From: an uncultured Trueperaceae bacterium
Lineage (GTDB): Bacteria > Deinococcota > Deinococci > Deinococcales > Trueperaceae
Direction of reading: 5' to 3'
Assembly: GCA_963727505.1 (NCBI GenBank)
Contig: CAVSGP010000005.1
Span: forward strand, 64,001 to 128,000
DNA length: 64,000 nt
Position numbers and translations under genes: made by a program. How positions within the stretch are numbered: the first letter of the stretch is position 1; each line of letters opens with the position of its first letter. Below, one piece after another: positions 1 to 9,746 of the stretch. Below the pieces are notes generated by a model. It was not told the origin of the DNA. It ran no database searches and was given only the letters and a program-made list of their open reading frames with translations.

Positions 1-33
1 CAATACGGCGGATAGGACGGAACGGGGACCAAC

Positions 34-969
34 GTGATTCCCTCCGAGTCTCAGCACCACGGCGCCTCCGGGCGCCGTGGTGCCCGTGTGACGCGGGAGA
101 GCAGCCCGGGAACGTTGGCGGCGATGTTCTCCGCCCCCACGTTGCTGGTCATCTTCACCACCATCGTGTTCCCGCTCGGCTATGCGGTTTATCTGAGTTT
201 GCACCGCTACAACCTCAAGTTTCCGGTACGTCCCTTCGTGGGGCTCCGGAATTACGCCCGGCTCCTCCAGAGCGGTGAGTTCTGGAACTCGCTGACGACG
301 ACCTTTGTCTTCTCGCTGTCGGCGGTGGTGGCGATCATCGTGGTGGGCTTCTTCATCGCCCTGCTGCTGGACCAGGACTTCCCCGGACGGGGGCTGCTGC
401 GGGCGTTGCTGCTGGTGCCGTGGGCGGTACCGCCGGTGGTCAACGGCCTGCTCTGGAAGTGGCTGCTCGATCCCGGCTACGGCGTGGTCAACGGCCTGCT
501 GACGCAGCTCCACCTCATCGACAGCTATCGTTCCTGGTTGACCAGCATGCCGAGCGCCATGATCTGGGTGGTTTCGGCCTACACCTGGACGCACGTTCCG
601 CTGGCCGCGCTGCTGATTCTTGCGGGTCTACAGACGATCCCGGGCGAGCTGTACGAGGCGGCTACGGTGGACGGAGCCTCGTCCTGGCAGCGCCTCACGG
701 GCATCACCCTTCCGCTGGTGCGCCCCACCATCATGGTGGTCCTCATCTTCGAGACGATCTTCGCGTTGAAGGTGTTCGACATCATCTACGTCTTGACGGG
801 CGGAGGGCCCGGCAATGCCACCACGGTGCTGGGGTGGGAGATCTATTCCAAGACCTTCCGCCAGCTCGACTTCGGCAACGGCAGTGCCCTCGCCATTCTG
901 CTCGGGCTGATCACGCTCGGGCTCGCCGCCGGCTACTTCGCGATGCTCAATCGCGAGCGCTCGACCTGA
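34..969 (+). CDS. Carbohydrate ABC transporter permease (MalF/UgpA-like)
   Basis: Six hydrophobic segments; EAA motif 'LYEAATVDGASSWQRLTGITLP'; 'FVGLRNY'; GTG start. Confidence 0.93.
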   Translation: MIPSESQHHGASGRRGARVTRESSPGTLAAMFSAPTLLVIFTTIVFPLGYAVYLSLHRYNLKFPVRPFVGLRNYARLLQSGEFWNSLTTTFVFSLSAVVAIIVVGFFIALLLDQDFPGRGLLRALLLVPWAVPPVVNGLLWKWLLDPGYGVVNGLLTQLHLIDSYRSWLTSMPSAMIWVVSAYTWTHVPLAALLILAGLQTIPGELYEAATVDGASSWQRLTGITLPLVRPTIMVVLIFETIFALKVFDIIYVLTGGGPGNATTVLGWEIYSKTFRQLDFGNGSALAILLGLITLGLAAGYFAMLNRERST

Positions 970-988
970 ATCGGGAGGAAGCGACACC

Positions 989-1873
989 GTGTTCGTGACG
1001 AAGCGACAACGACGCATCGGACGCATGGTCGCGCTCTACGCGGCGGCTCTGGTGGTGCTCGCCTATCTGGTGGGCCCCTTCCTGTGGCTGGTGACCTCCA
1101 GCTTTCAGACCGAGACCCGGCTGCTGAGCGTCCCGCCGAGCTGGATCCCCCGACCACTGAACTTCGGCAGTTACCGGGAGCTCCTGACCGGCGCCTTCCT
1201 GCCGCAATCGGCGGGCGTTCCCTACCAGTCGCGGGTGTTCCTGCGGGCCATGCTGAACAGCTTCATCGTGGCGGGGTCGGTATCGGTGCTGGCGCTGGCG
1301 TTCGGCGCCTTCGCCGCCTATCCGCTCGCTCGGTTGAAGTTCCGCGGGCGCAACGGCCTGATGTTCCTGATCCTCGCGACGCGACTGATCCCGGCCCTGG
1401 CGCTGGCCGTGCCGTTCTACCTGCTGGCGAACCGCCTTGGCGTCCTCGACCAGCTCGGTACGCTCATCGTCATCAACCTCTCGTTCGTCCTGCCGTACGT
1501 GGTGTGGCTGTTGCAGTCCTACTTCCGAACGATCCCGATGGACCTCGAGGACGCGGGGCGCATCGACGGCTGCAGCCGTAGTCAGGTCGTGACCCGGATC
1601 ATCATGCCACTGGCCATGCCGGGCCTGGTCTCGGCAGGGATCCTGGCATTCCTTCTCACCTGGGGCGAGTTCTTCTTCGCCCTCATCCTCACCAGCTCGC
1701 AACGTGCCTACACCAGCACGGTCGTGGCGGCCATGTTCGCCACGGACATCGACGTCAACTATGTCACCATCATCACGGCGGGTGTGCTGTCGGTCCTGCC
1801 CCCCGTGCTGTTCGCACTCATCTTCCAGCGCTATATCGTGAGCGGCCTGCTGTCGGGGGCCGTGAAAGGCTGA
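989..1873 (+). CDS. Carbohydrate ABC transporter permease (MalG/UgpE-like)
   Basis: EAA motif 'LEDAGRIDGCS'; C-terminal 'QRYIVSGLLSGAVKG'; RBS GGAGGA upstream. Confidence 0.93.
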   Translation: MFVTKRQRRIGRMVALYAAALVVLAYLVGPFLWLVTSSFQTETRLLSVPPSWIPRPLNFGSYRELLTGAFLPQSAGVPYQSRVFLRAMLNSFIVAGSVSVLALAFGAFAAYPLARLKFRGRNGLMFLILATRLIPALALAVPFYLLANRLGVLDQLGTLIVINLSFVLPYVVWLLQSYFRTIPMDLEDAGRIDGCSRSQVVTRIIMPLAMPGLVSAGILAFLLTWGEFFFALILTSSQRAYTSTVVAAMFATDIDVNYVTIITAGVLSVLPPVLFALIFQRYIVSGLLSGAVKG

Positions 1874-1875
1874 GC

Positions 1876-3207
1876 ATGAACGACGACACGCCCACGTCTT
1901 CAATCCTCGACTGGCTCCGCCAGAACCGGGTCATCAACGCCTCGGGAACCATGACGTTCCTGGGCGCGTCCATCGTCGCGCCCGAGACCGCCGCCGTCGT
2001 CCACGAGAGCCTCGGCTACTTCGTGGATATTGCCGCTCTGCAGGCGCACGCGAGTGCGACCATCGCCCGGCTTACGGGCGGTGAGGCCGGCTGCGTGAGC
2101 GCCTGCGCCGCCTCTGGGATCGCGGTTTCGCTGGCGGCGGCGATGACCGGCCTGGAGCCGTCTGCGGCCGAGGATCTTCCCGACGGCCAGGGCATCTCGC
2201 GCCGCCGCGTCGTGATCCAGCGAGGCCACGTCGTGAACTACGGTGCGTCGATCCTGCAGCTCATCCGACAGATCGGCGCCGTGCCGGTAGAGATCGGCAC
2301 CGCGACGCACGGCGAGGCCTTCGAGCTGGCTCATGCGCTGACGCCGGAGACGGCGGCCGCCCTGTACGTGGTGAGCCACCACACCGTGCAGTCCGAGCAG
2401 ATCGGCCTCGGCGATTTCGTCGAAACTTGCCACGCCGCCGGCGTGCCCGTCGTCGTGGACGCGGCGTCCGAGTACGATCTGCGCAGCTTCCTGGAGCTCG
2501 GGGCCGATATCGTCGTGTATAGCGCGCACAAGTTCCTGAGCGGAGCCACAGCCGGCATCGTGGCGGGCCGCAAGGAGCTGGTGCGGGCCGCGTACATGCA
2601 TCAGTCGGTCGGGTTGGGTCGGCCGATGAAGGTGGGCAAGGAGGGGATCGTCGGGGCCGTGGCAGCGCTCGAGCGCTGGGAACGCCTCGATCACCGGGAC
2701 CTGCACCGGCACGAGTACGCGCGCGTCGAGGCCCTCCGCGACGGCCTGTCCCGGGTGGACGGCGTGACGGTCGAAGAGTTGCCCGATCCCACCGGGAACC
2801 CCATCACCCGCCTCCGTGTGCGCATCGATCGGGCGCGGTCCGGCCGGACGGCGGCATGGTTGGCCAAGCGCTTGCGTGCGAGCTCTCCGGCCATCGTCGT
2901 GCGGGATCACCACGTCGATCTCGAGTTCTTCGAGCTCGATCCCTGCAACCTCCTCGACGACGACGTCGACGTCATCGTGAAGCGCTTCATGGACCTGTCG
3001 ACCGAGCTCCTCGGCGTTCCGCCCCAGACGTCCGGCGACTTCGGCCCGCGCATGGCGCATTACGACGAAGACGGCCTTCCGCGCGTCGACCTCGACCGTG
3101 TGCCCTGGGCGTTTTCGCGGGTCGCCTACGGCGGACGGGCACACGGGATGGAGACCTGGCCCGACGTCTACCTGGAGAAGTCGGTCGACGGAGCCGGCGA
3201 AGAGTGA
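1876..3207 (+). CDS. SelA-like PLP-dependent enzyme (DgaE/glucosaminate ammonia-lyase family)
   Basis: 'VINASGTMTFLGAS', 'VDAASE', PLP-lysine motif 'YSAHKFLSG', 'GRPMKVGKE'. Confidence 0.85.
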   Translation: MNDDTPTSSILDWLRQNRVINASGTMTFLGASIVAPETAAVVHESLGYFVDIAALQAHASATIARLTGGEAGCVSACAASGIAVSLAAAMTGLEPSAAEDLPDGQGISRRRVVIQRGHVVNYGASILQLIRQIGAVPVEIGTATHGEAFELAHALTPETAAALYVVSHHTVQSEQIGLGDFVETCHAAGVPVVVDAASEYDLRSFLELGADIVVYSAHKFLSGATAGIVAGRKELVRAAYMHQSVGLGRPMKVGKEGIVGAVAALERWERLDHRDLHRHEYARVEALRDGLSRVDGVTVEELPDPTGNPITRLRVRIDRARSGRTAAWLAKRLRASSPAIVVRDHHVDLEFFELDPCNLLDDDVDVIVKRFMDLSTELLGVPPQTSGDFGPRMAHYDEDGLPRVDLDRVPWAFSRVAYGGRAHGMETWPDVYLEKSVDGAGEE

Positions 3208-4376
3208 GCGGCTACCTTCTCAGATCGGTCCACCCGATGCCGGGGCGCTCGGGTGCCTCCCGGGAGACGGTCGACGTGCTCGTGGACCCCGCGGGTCGCG
3301 TGGCGCGCGTCGAGCCCTCCATCGACGCCCCGGACGGCGTGCGGGCCGTCGATGGCCGGGGGGCGTACCTGTCGCGCGGGTGGACGGACCTTCACACGCA
3401 CGTCTACTACGGCGCCACCGACATCTCGGTGCGCCCCTCGCAAGCAGGCATGGCGACCGGCGTGACGACGCTGGTGGACACGGGCTCCTCTGGCGAAGCG
3501 AACTTCCATGGTTTTCGCGAGTACATCATCGATAAGGCCGACGAGCGGGTGTTCGCGTTCCTGAACATCGGGTCCATCGGCCTCGTCGCGACCAACCGGG
3601 TGAGCGAGCTCATCGATATCCGGAGCATCGATTTCGACCGCTCGCTGGCAGTCATCGAGCGAAACCGAGACGTGATCAAGGGGATCAAGATCCGCGCCAG
3701 TCACGTCATCACGGGGAGTTGGGGAATCACGCCGCTGAAGGTCGCCAAGAAGCTGAGCCGCACGGTCGGGCTGCCGCTCATGGTGCACGTCGGTGAACCT
3801 CCTCCCTTGCTCGACGATGTCCTCGCACACCTCGATGCGGGTGACATCGTGACGCACTGCTTCAACGGCAAGCCGGGCGGCAACGTGCTGGACGACGAGC
3901 ACGTGTTCGCTGCAGCGCGCGATGCGCAACGCCGCGGCGTGCTCTTCGACATCGGGCACGGCTCGGCATCGTTCTCCTTCGACGTCGCCGAGCGCGCCCT
4001 CGCCCGGGGTCTGGAGCTCCACAGCATCAGCACGGACCTTCACGGGCACAACATCGATGGGCCGGTCGTCGACCTAGCCACGACGATGTCCAAGCTTCTA
4101 GCCCTCGGCGTGGATCTGGACACGGTCGTGGCGGCTGTGACGGTGGCGCCTGCGAAGGCGCTGCGGCTCGAGGAGGAAGGGTGGCTCGAGCTGGGATCCT
4201 TCGCGGATTTCACGGTCTTCGATGTCCAGGACGTCGACCTTACGGTGCGCGACTCTCGCGGAAGCGTGCGGCGCTTGGGTCGGTTCATCCGACCTCTCCA
4301 TGCAGCCCGCGGCGCCCACATCGTCGCGGCGGGGAGTCGCTCGCTCGATGGATCGAAGGAACGAGGTGGCGGGTGA
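3204..4376 (+). CDS. Amidohydrolase/deacetylase family metallohydrolase (COG3964, dihydroorotase-like)
   Basis: HxH 'DLHTH', 'GVTTLVDTGS', 'GIKIRAS', 'MVH', 'THCF', 'ISTDLH'; GTG start overlaps the upstream TGA. Confidence 0.88.
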   Translation: MSGYLLRSVHPMPGRSGASRETVDVLVDPAGRVARVEPSIDAPDGVRAVDGRGAYLSRGWTDLHTHVYYGATDISVRPSQAGMATGVTTLVDTGSSGEANFHGFREYIIDKADERVFAFLNIGSIGLVATNRVSELIDIRSIDFDRSLAVIERNRDVIKGIKIRASHVITGSWGITPLKVAKKLSRTVGLPLMVHVGEPPPLLDDVLAHLDAGDIVTHCFNGKPGGNVLDDEHVFAAARDAQRRGVLFDIGHGSASFSFDVAERALARGLELHSISTDLHGHNIDGPVVDLATTMSKLLALGVDLDTVVAAVTVAPAKALRLEEEGWLELGSFADFTVFDVQDVDLTVRDSRGSVRRLGRFIRPLHAARGAHIVAAGSRSLDGSKERGGG

Positions 4377-4843
4377 CGACGCCGGACGAACGCCTAGAGG
4401 CACTGGGTATCCGCTTGCCGGCTCCTCCAGAACCCGTGGCCAACTTCGTCGTTGCGGTGCGTCACGGCGACACGCTCTTCCTCTCGGGGCAGGGGCCGAC
4501 GCGAGAAGGCAAGCCGGTCTACACCGGGAAGCTGGGCGACACGGTCACCGTCGAGGAGGGTTACGAAGCCGCGAGGTTGTGTGCACTCAACCTGCTCGGT
4601 GTGGTTCAGGCCGAGATCGGCCTGCTCGATCGTGTGCGGCGCGTCGTGAAGCTACTGGCGTTCGTGGCGAGCGCGAGCGGATTCGATCAACAACCGAGCG
4701 TGGTCAACGGCGCCTCCGATCTTCTGGTCGAGGTGTTCGGCCCGCGCGGTCGGCACGCCAGGAGTGCGATCGGGACAAGTCAATTGCCCTTCGACATCCC
4801 GGTCGAGATCGAGATGATCGTAGCGCTCGAGAGAGGGGATTGA
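4373..4843 (+). CDS. RidA/YjgF family protein
   Basis: 'LFLSGQGP', 'HARSAIG' (conserved Arg), 'PVEIEMI'; GTGA overlap with the upstream gene. Confidence 0.9.
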   Translation: MTTPDERLEALGIRLPAPPEPVANFVVAVRHGDTLFLSGQGPTREGKPVYTGKLGDTVTVEEGYEAARLCALNLLGVVQAEIGLLDRVRRVVKLLAFVASASGFDQQPSVVNGASDLLVEVFGPRGRHARSAIGTSQLPFDIPVEIEMIVALERGD

Positions 4844-4849
4844 GCGGCC

Positions 4850-5869
4850 ATGGCGCGGGGAGGCGGTCCGCAGAACCAAGGACGAGAGGGCGGGCGCCCC
4901 CTCGCTCTAGAGCGCCGGTACGACGTTGCTACGTTCGGCGAGACCATGATCCGCCTCTCGGCGCCGTCGGGGGTGCGTCTGCCGGTCACTTCCGCGTTGT
5001 CCGTTCACGCCGGAGGCGCCGAGAGCAACGTCGCCGCCGATCTCGCGCAGCTCGGCCGGCACACGACCTGGTACAGCGCCTTGCCGGACCACGCCATGGG
5101 AGATGCGGTCGTCCGACGCATCGCAGCGGCAGGCGTGGACGTGTCGCACGTCAAGCGCGTGCCCGGAACGCGCGTCGGCGTCTACTACCTCGAGGGAGGG
5201 CTGGACGCCTCAACCCCCGAAGTCATCTACGATCGGCAGGCGACTGCGTTCTCTTGCATCGCGCCTGGAGACTTGCCCTTGGCGGCACTTCTCGACACGC
5301 GGGTGCTCCACGTTAGCGGGATCTCGGCGGCCGTGGGCGCGGGCCCCCGGGCGGCGCTCGTTCGGCTCTTGGACGAGGCGAAGCGCGCCGGCGTCTTGCT
5401 GAGCTTCGACATCAACTACCGTTCGCGTCTGTGGGACGCCGAGCAGGCGAGCGAAGCGCTGGCTCCCCTAGTGTCGCGCGCCGACCTCCTGTTCGTGAGC
5501 GAGTCGGACGCATCCACCCTGTTCCATCACAGGGGTGCGCCGGAGGCGATCGTCCGCGCACTCTCCGAACGGTCGCAGGCGAGCGTCGTCGTGCTGACCC
5601 GAGGTGATCGGGGCGTGGTTGCGTCGATCGATGGGACGATCCACGAGGTCCTGGCCCTTCCGGTGCAGGTGATCGACCGGCCCGGGGCCGGAGACGCGCT
5701 GGCGGCGGGGGTCCTGGATGGTGTGTTGGATGGCGATGCCCTTGCAGGGGTCCACCGCGGCGTGGTCCTTGCAGCGCATGCGCTCACGCAACTGGGGGAC
5801 ATCGTGACGACGAGTCGTAGCGATCTTCTGCGCTTCATGGCGAAGCCCCGCACGACGATCGCGAGATAG
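4850..5869 (+). CDS. kdgK: PfkB family sugar kinase, 2-keto-3-deoxygluconate kinase-like
   Basis: 'TFGETMIRL', 'GGAESNVA', 'SFDINYRSRLW', 'DRPGAGDA'. Confidence 0.8.
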   Translation: MARGGGPQNQGREGGRPLALERRYDVATFGETMIRLSAPSGVRLPVTSALSVHAGGAESNVAADLAQLGRHTTWYSALPDHAMGDAVVRRIAAAGVDVSHVKRVPGTRVGVYYLEGGLDASTPEVIYDRQATAFSCIAPGDLPLAALLDTRVLHVSGISAAVGAGPRAALVRLLDEAKRAGVLLSFDINYRSRLWDAEQASEALAPLVSRADLLFVSESDASTLFHHRGAPEAIVRALSERSQASVVVLTRGDRGVVASIDGTIHEVLALPVQVIDRPGAGDALAAGVLDGVLDGDALAGVHRGVVLAAHALTQLGDIVTTSRSDLLRFMAKPRTTIAR

Positions 5870-6096
5870 CGGTTCCGTTGGGCGACGCGGTGCCGTTTCC
5901 GCCGCTCGCGGTTCGTCGGGACGCCGTGGCAATCGGTGTTAGCATCGACGACGGAAATGAAAGCGTATGCACCGGTCGCGCAGGGAACGGCGGGGCGTAA
6001 GGCCCGCGCCAGTGTGCATCCCGGCGCGGCCGGCGCGTGCGCTGTGGGAGAGTTGACGACCCGAGCGAGTTGAGCGTCAGCGGGAAGAGGCACGGC

Positions 6097-8010
6097 ATGG
6101 GCGAGGCGCCCGCGCACACGACGACCAGGAGTCCGGAGACGGTCGCGCCGACGCGCTCGGCGCCGACGGACGCGTCGGAGGACGAGTCGCCCCCCGACCA
6201 AGGGGCCCGCGGCGCGGCCCTCGAAACGATCGGCCCGCCAGGAGTCAGTCTTCGTCTCACCCTCTACGCAGTCCTCGTCGGTCTCATCGCCGGGCTGGGC
6301 GCGGTCGCCTTCCGCGGCCTCATCGCGCTGTTCCACAACCTGTTCTTCTACGGACGGATCAGCACCGTCTACGACACCCTGAAGCATGCTGCGGCCAGCC
6401 CCTGGGGGGTCGGCGTCATCGCGGTTCCCGTTGCGGGCGCACTGCTGGTGGCGTTCCTGGTCCGGACGTTCGCCCCGGAAGCCAAGGGGCACGGCGTTCC
6501 CGAAGTGGTCGACGCCATCTACTACAACGGCGGACGGATCCGCCCGGCGGTGGCGGTCATCAAGTCGCTGGCGTCCTCGATCTCGATCGGGTCTGGCGGC
6601 TCGGTCGGCCGCGAAGGGCCGATCATCCAGATCGGAGCGACCTTCGGCTCCGTGCTGGCGCAGTGGGCGCACCTCCCGGAGTGGAAACGTCTCACGCTGT
6701 TGGCCTGCGGGGCGGGGGCCGGCATCGCCGCCACCTTCAACACCCCCATCGGCGGCATCCTCTTCGCCGTCGAGATCATGCTGGTCGAGGTCAGCGCGCG
6801 CAGCCTGGTACCGGTGATGATCGCGACCGGCGCGGCCAGCTTCATCGGGCGCCTCTTCTTCGGATCCGACGCGTCCTTCCTGATTCCGTCGCTCACGTTG
6901 AACTCGGCCACCACGACGTCGCTGCCCGTGTACGGCGCTTACGCCGCGCTTGGCGTGCTGATGGGTCTGCTCGCCGTGGTGTACACGCGCTCGATCTACG
7001 CCTTCGAGGACCTGTTCGATCGAATCCCCGGCAGCTACTACCTGCGGCACGCGTTCGGCATGGCGCTGGTGGGCGTCATCATGTACCTGCTGTACCGGAC
7101 GCTGGGGCACTACTACATCCAGGGGGTCGGCTACTCCACCATCCAGGACATCCTGAACGGCGCTCTCACCACCACCTGGATCCTCCTGTTGCTGGTGGTG
7201 TTGAAGCTGCTGGCGGTGTCGTTGACGCTCGGTTCCGGCGCCTCGGGCGGCATCTTCTCGCCGGCGTTGTTCATGGGAGCGACCCTTGGGGCGGGGCTGG
7301 TGCAGGTGGGGCACGCCGCCTTCCCGGGGCTGCTGGTGAGCCTGGCGGGGGGCGCCGTCATCGGCATGGCGTGCATGGTGGCCGCGAGCACCGGCGCGGC
7401 CGTGACCGCGGTGGTGATGATCTTCGAGATGACGCGCGACTACAACGTCATCATCCCGCTGATCATCGCCGTGTCGCTGGCCTACGCCATCCGTCGCTGG
7501 CTGCTGGCCGACAGCATCTACACCCTCAAGCTGACGCGCCGCGGTCGGGTGATCCCGGCATCGATCCAGAGCAACCTCTACCTGATGCGCGATGCGCTGG
7601 AGCTGATCCAGGCGCCCTTCTTGCGGCTCGATGCCAGCAGCCGGGTGGAGGCGCTGCGCCAGCAGGTGCACTTCGGCCAGCCGGTGCCGCACGTGGTGCT
7701 CGTGCGCAAGGACAGGATCATCGGCATCGTCACGGCTGACACGCTCCGACCGCGGCTGCGTAGCGGCGTCGGTTCCGGCTCGATGCCGCTGGCCGACCTG
7801 GCCGACGGACACTACACGGTGCTGGAGGACACGACCCAGGTCGTCGACCTCATCGGGCGGCTACGGGCCGAGGCCAGCCGGGTCGTGGTTCTCATCCACG
7901 GCGACACCGACCCGGTCGACCCCACCTCGGTGGTGGGCATCGTGTCCTGGGGCGACGTCATGCAGAACGCCAACCTGCCGGTCAACCTCGACCGCATCGG
8001 CAAGCACTGA
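6097..8010 (+). CDS. ClC (EriC) chloride channel/transporter with C-terminal CBS-like region
   Basis: ClC motifs 'GHGVPEV', 'GREGP', 'GGIFSP', 'SIYT'; many TM helices; soluble C-terminal tail. Confidence 0.92.
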   Translation: MGEAPAHTTTRSPETVAPTRSAPTDASEDESPPDQGARGAALETIGPPGVSLRLTLYAVLVGLIAGLGAVAFRGLIALFHNLFFYGRISTVYDTLKHAAASPWGVGVIAVPVAGALLVAFLVRTFAPEAKGHGVPEVVDAIYYNGGRIRPAVAVIKSLASSISIGSGGSVGREGPIIQIGATFGSVLAQWAHLPEWKRLTLLACGAGAGIAATFNTPIGGILFAVEIMLVEVSARSLVPVMIATGAASFIGRLFFGSDASFLIPSLTLNSATTTSLPVYGAYAALGVLMGLLAVVYTRSIYAFEDLFDRIPGSYYLRHAFGMALVGVIMYLLYRTLGHYYIQGVGYSTIQDILNGALTTTWILLLLVVLKLLAVSLTLGSGASGGIFSPALFMGATLGAGLVQVGHAAFPGLLVSLAGGAVIGMACMVAASTGAAVTAVVMIFEMTRDYNVIIPLIIAVSLAYAIRRWLLADSIYTLKLTRRGRVIPASIQSNLYLMRDALELIQAPFLRLDASSRVEALRQQVHFGQPVPHVVLVRKDRIIGIVTADTLRPRLRSGVGSGSMPLADLADGHYTVLEDTTQVVDLIGRLRAEASRVVVLIHGDTDPVDPTSVVGIVSWGDVMQNANLPVNLDRIGKH

Positions 8011-8025
8011 GGCAAGACCTTCCAC

Positions 8026-9471
8026 CTAGGGCTTGTAGATCAGCTCCCGAGCGTTGTTCGTGTCGGCCACCAACAGCATGCCGTCGTAGACCTGGACGCC
8101 CCGGGGGCCGGCAAGGGTGTCGGCGTCGGTCCCGGTGGCCCGGTTGGAGGCGGTGTGGGTGAGATCGGCCTGGCCGAGGACGCCATCGGCGGGTTCGTGG
8201 GTGCCCGTGGGGAAGCCGTTCCAGACCAGCACGCGATTGTTGGCGGCGTCCGCGACGAAGAGCTGGTTGCCGTTGGATGTCACGGACGAGGGGCTCGACA
8301 GCCCGCTGGCACCGCCGGCGGGCGTGGCCGCGGCCATCGTCGCCTGGCCCAGCACGACGTTCGCCGCTTGGCCGTTCGACGTCGGGAAGCTCGTCCAGAT
8401 GAGCACCCGGTGGTTGCCGGTGTCGGCCACCACGAGGCGCGTGCCGTCGCTCCACACGTCACCGGGGGAGGTGAGCGTCTTGGCGGAGCGGGTGGTGCCG
8501 GCGTTGGCGAGGCAAGACGTGAGGTTGGTCTGGCCGAGCGTGAGATTCGCCGGCGTGCTCGAGTCCGCCGGCACGCTGTTCCAGATCAGCACGCGGTTGT
8601 GACCGGTGTCGGCCACGATGAGCTTGCCTTTCACGACGATCGCCGCCCTCGGCGCCTGGAGCCGGTTGGCGGCGCACGACGTATCGCCGGGCGAGTACAG
8701 CCCCGACTGACCGACGGCCACTGCCGCGGGCGAGTGGGTGAGGGTTGGCGCGCCGGTATAGATCAGCACGCGGTTGTTGCCTGTGTCGGCCACGATCAGG
8801 TCGCCGCCGGAAGCGGAGACGCCGGCCGGAGACACCAGCGAACGTGGGCTGATGAGCTCGGCCGTGTTCGCCGTCCACATCGTCTGGCCGAGAAGGATGT
8901 CGAACAACGTCCCCGAGGTGGTCGGAACGGAGCCATACCCCACCACCCGGTGGTTCCCCGTGTCGGGCATGTAGAGCTTCCCGTCGACCAGCGCCGGCGC
9001 GCCGGCCGGGGCATCGAGGTATTGTTGCGTCGCGGCTCCGGTGGGGGTGGCCGTGAAGCTCGTCTGCCCCATCACCACCGTCGCCGCCTCCCCGTTCGTC
9101 AGGCTCAGGTACGGATAGTAGAGATGCAGCGTGGCCGTCGACGTCTCGCCCGACGCCGTGGCGCTGGCGACCAGCGTGTTGACGCCGTCGCGGTCGAGCG
9201 TCACCGGGGAAGAGAAGGTGCCCGTGGTGGGGAGGGCGATGGGGACGTCCGTGCCGTTCAGCGTGAGGGTGAACGCGCTGGGCGCGGCGCCCTGCACGGT
9301 GCCGCTCACGGTGAGCGTTCGTGGGCCGACGATGCGTTGCCCGTCGGTGTACGACGTGAACGCGACGGTGACGGCCGGGCCCGGGAAGTCACAGGCCGTG
9401 GGGACCAGGACGAGGATCATCCCGGCCAGAGCGATCAAGAAGGGCCGCAAGAGCGGGCGCAGCAGGGGCAT
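8026..9471 (-). CDS. Lipoprotein with Ig-like N-domain and NHL-repeat beta-propeller
   Basis: Signal peptide ending 'VPTAC'; about six repeats of 'L..P......VADTGNHRVLIW...P.....A..VLGQ'; RBS GGAGG upstream of ATG 9471. Confidence 0.8.
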   Translation of the reverse strand: MPLLRPLLRPFLIALAGMILVLVPTACDFPGPAVTVAFTSYTDGQRIVGPRTLTVSGTVQGAAPSAFTLTLNGTDVPIALPTTGTFSSPVTLDRDGVNTLVASATASGETSTATLHLYYPYLSLTNGEAATVVMGQTSFTATPTGAATQQYLDAPAGAPALVDGKLYMPDTGNHRVVGYGSVPTTSGTLFDILLGQTMWTANTAELISPRSLVSPAGVSASGGDLIVADTGNNRVLIYTGAPTLTHSPAAVAVGQSGLYSPGDTSCAANRLQAPRAAIVVKGKLIVADTGHNRVLIWNSVPADSSTPANLTLGQTNLTSCLANAGTTRSAKTLTSPGDVWSDGTRLVVADTGNHRVLIWTSFPTSNGQAANVVLGQATMAAATPAGGASGLSSPSSVTSNGNQLFVADAANNRVLVWNGFPTGTHEPADGVLGQADLTHTASNRATGTDADTLAGPRGVQVYDGMLLVADTNNARELIYKP

Positions 9472-9746
9472 GGCGTACCTCCCTTGGGCACGTGCATCAT
9501 GGCTCGTTGCCTCGATGGTAGCACCGGCTCCCGCCGACGGCCGGGGCAGCCTTCTCAGGGGCAGGTCACCTGGACCCGCTAGGCTGGTCCCAGCTATGGG
9601 GGGCGAGGGGGTCCCGTGCGGGAACGGGCGGGGAGAAGCGTCGTCCCCGCGTCCATCACGGCTCGTCCGGCCCGGAGCGGTTTGCGAGCGCGACAGCGCG
9701 AAGCCGCGAGGGGATACGCCAGCGCATGCGAGAGGAGCGGTCACGC

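Noticed and set aside
1876..3207. Selenocysteine synthase SelA
   Set aside because: No selB, selC or selD nearby; the catabolic context and motifs fit the SelA-like/DgaE group.
3204..4376. Dihydroorotase pyrC
   Set aside because: No pyr context; motifs and neighbours match the COG3964 amidohydrolase/deacetylase group.
5870..6096. Fluoride riboswitch upstream of the ClC gene
   Set aside because: I could not find the conserved GGnGAUGG...GCUGAUGAC-like core by eye, and the protein lacks CLC-F motifs. An Rfam scan would settle it.
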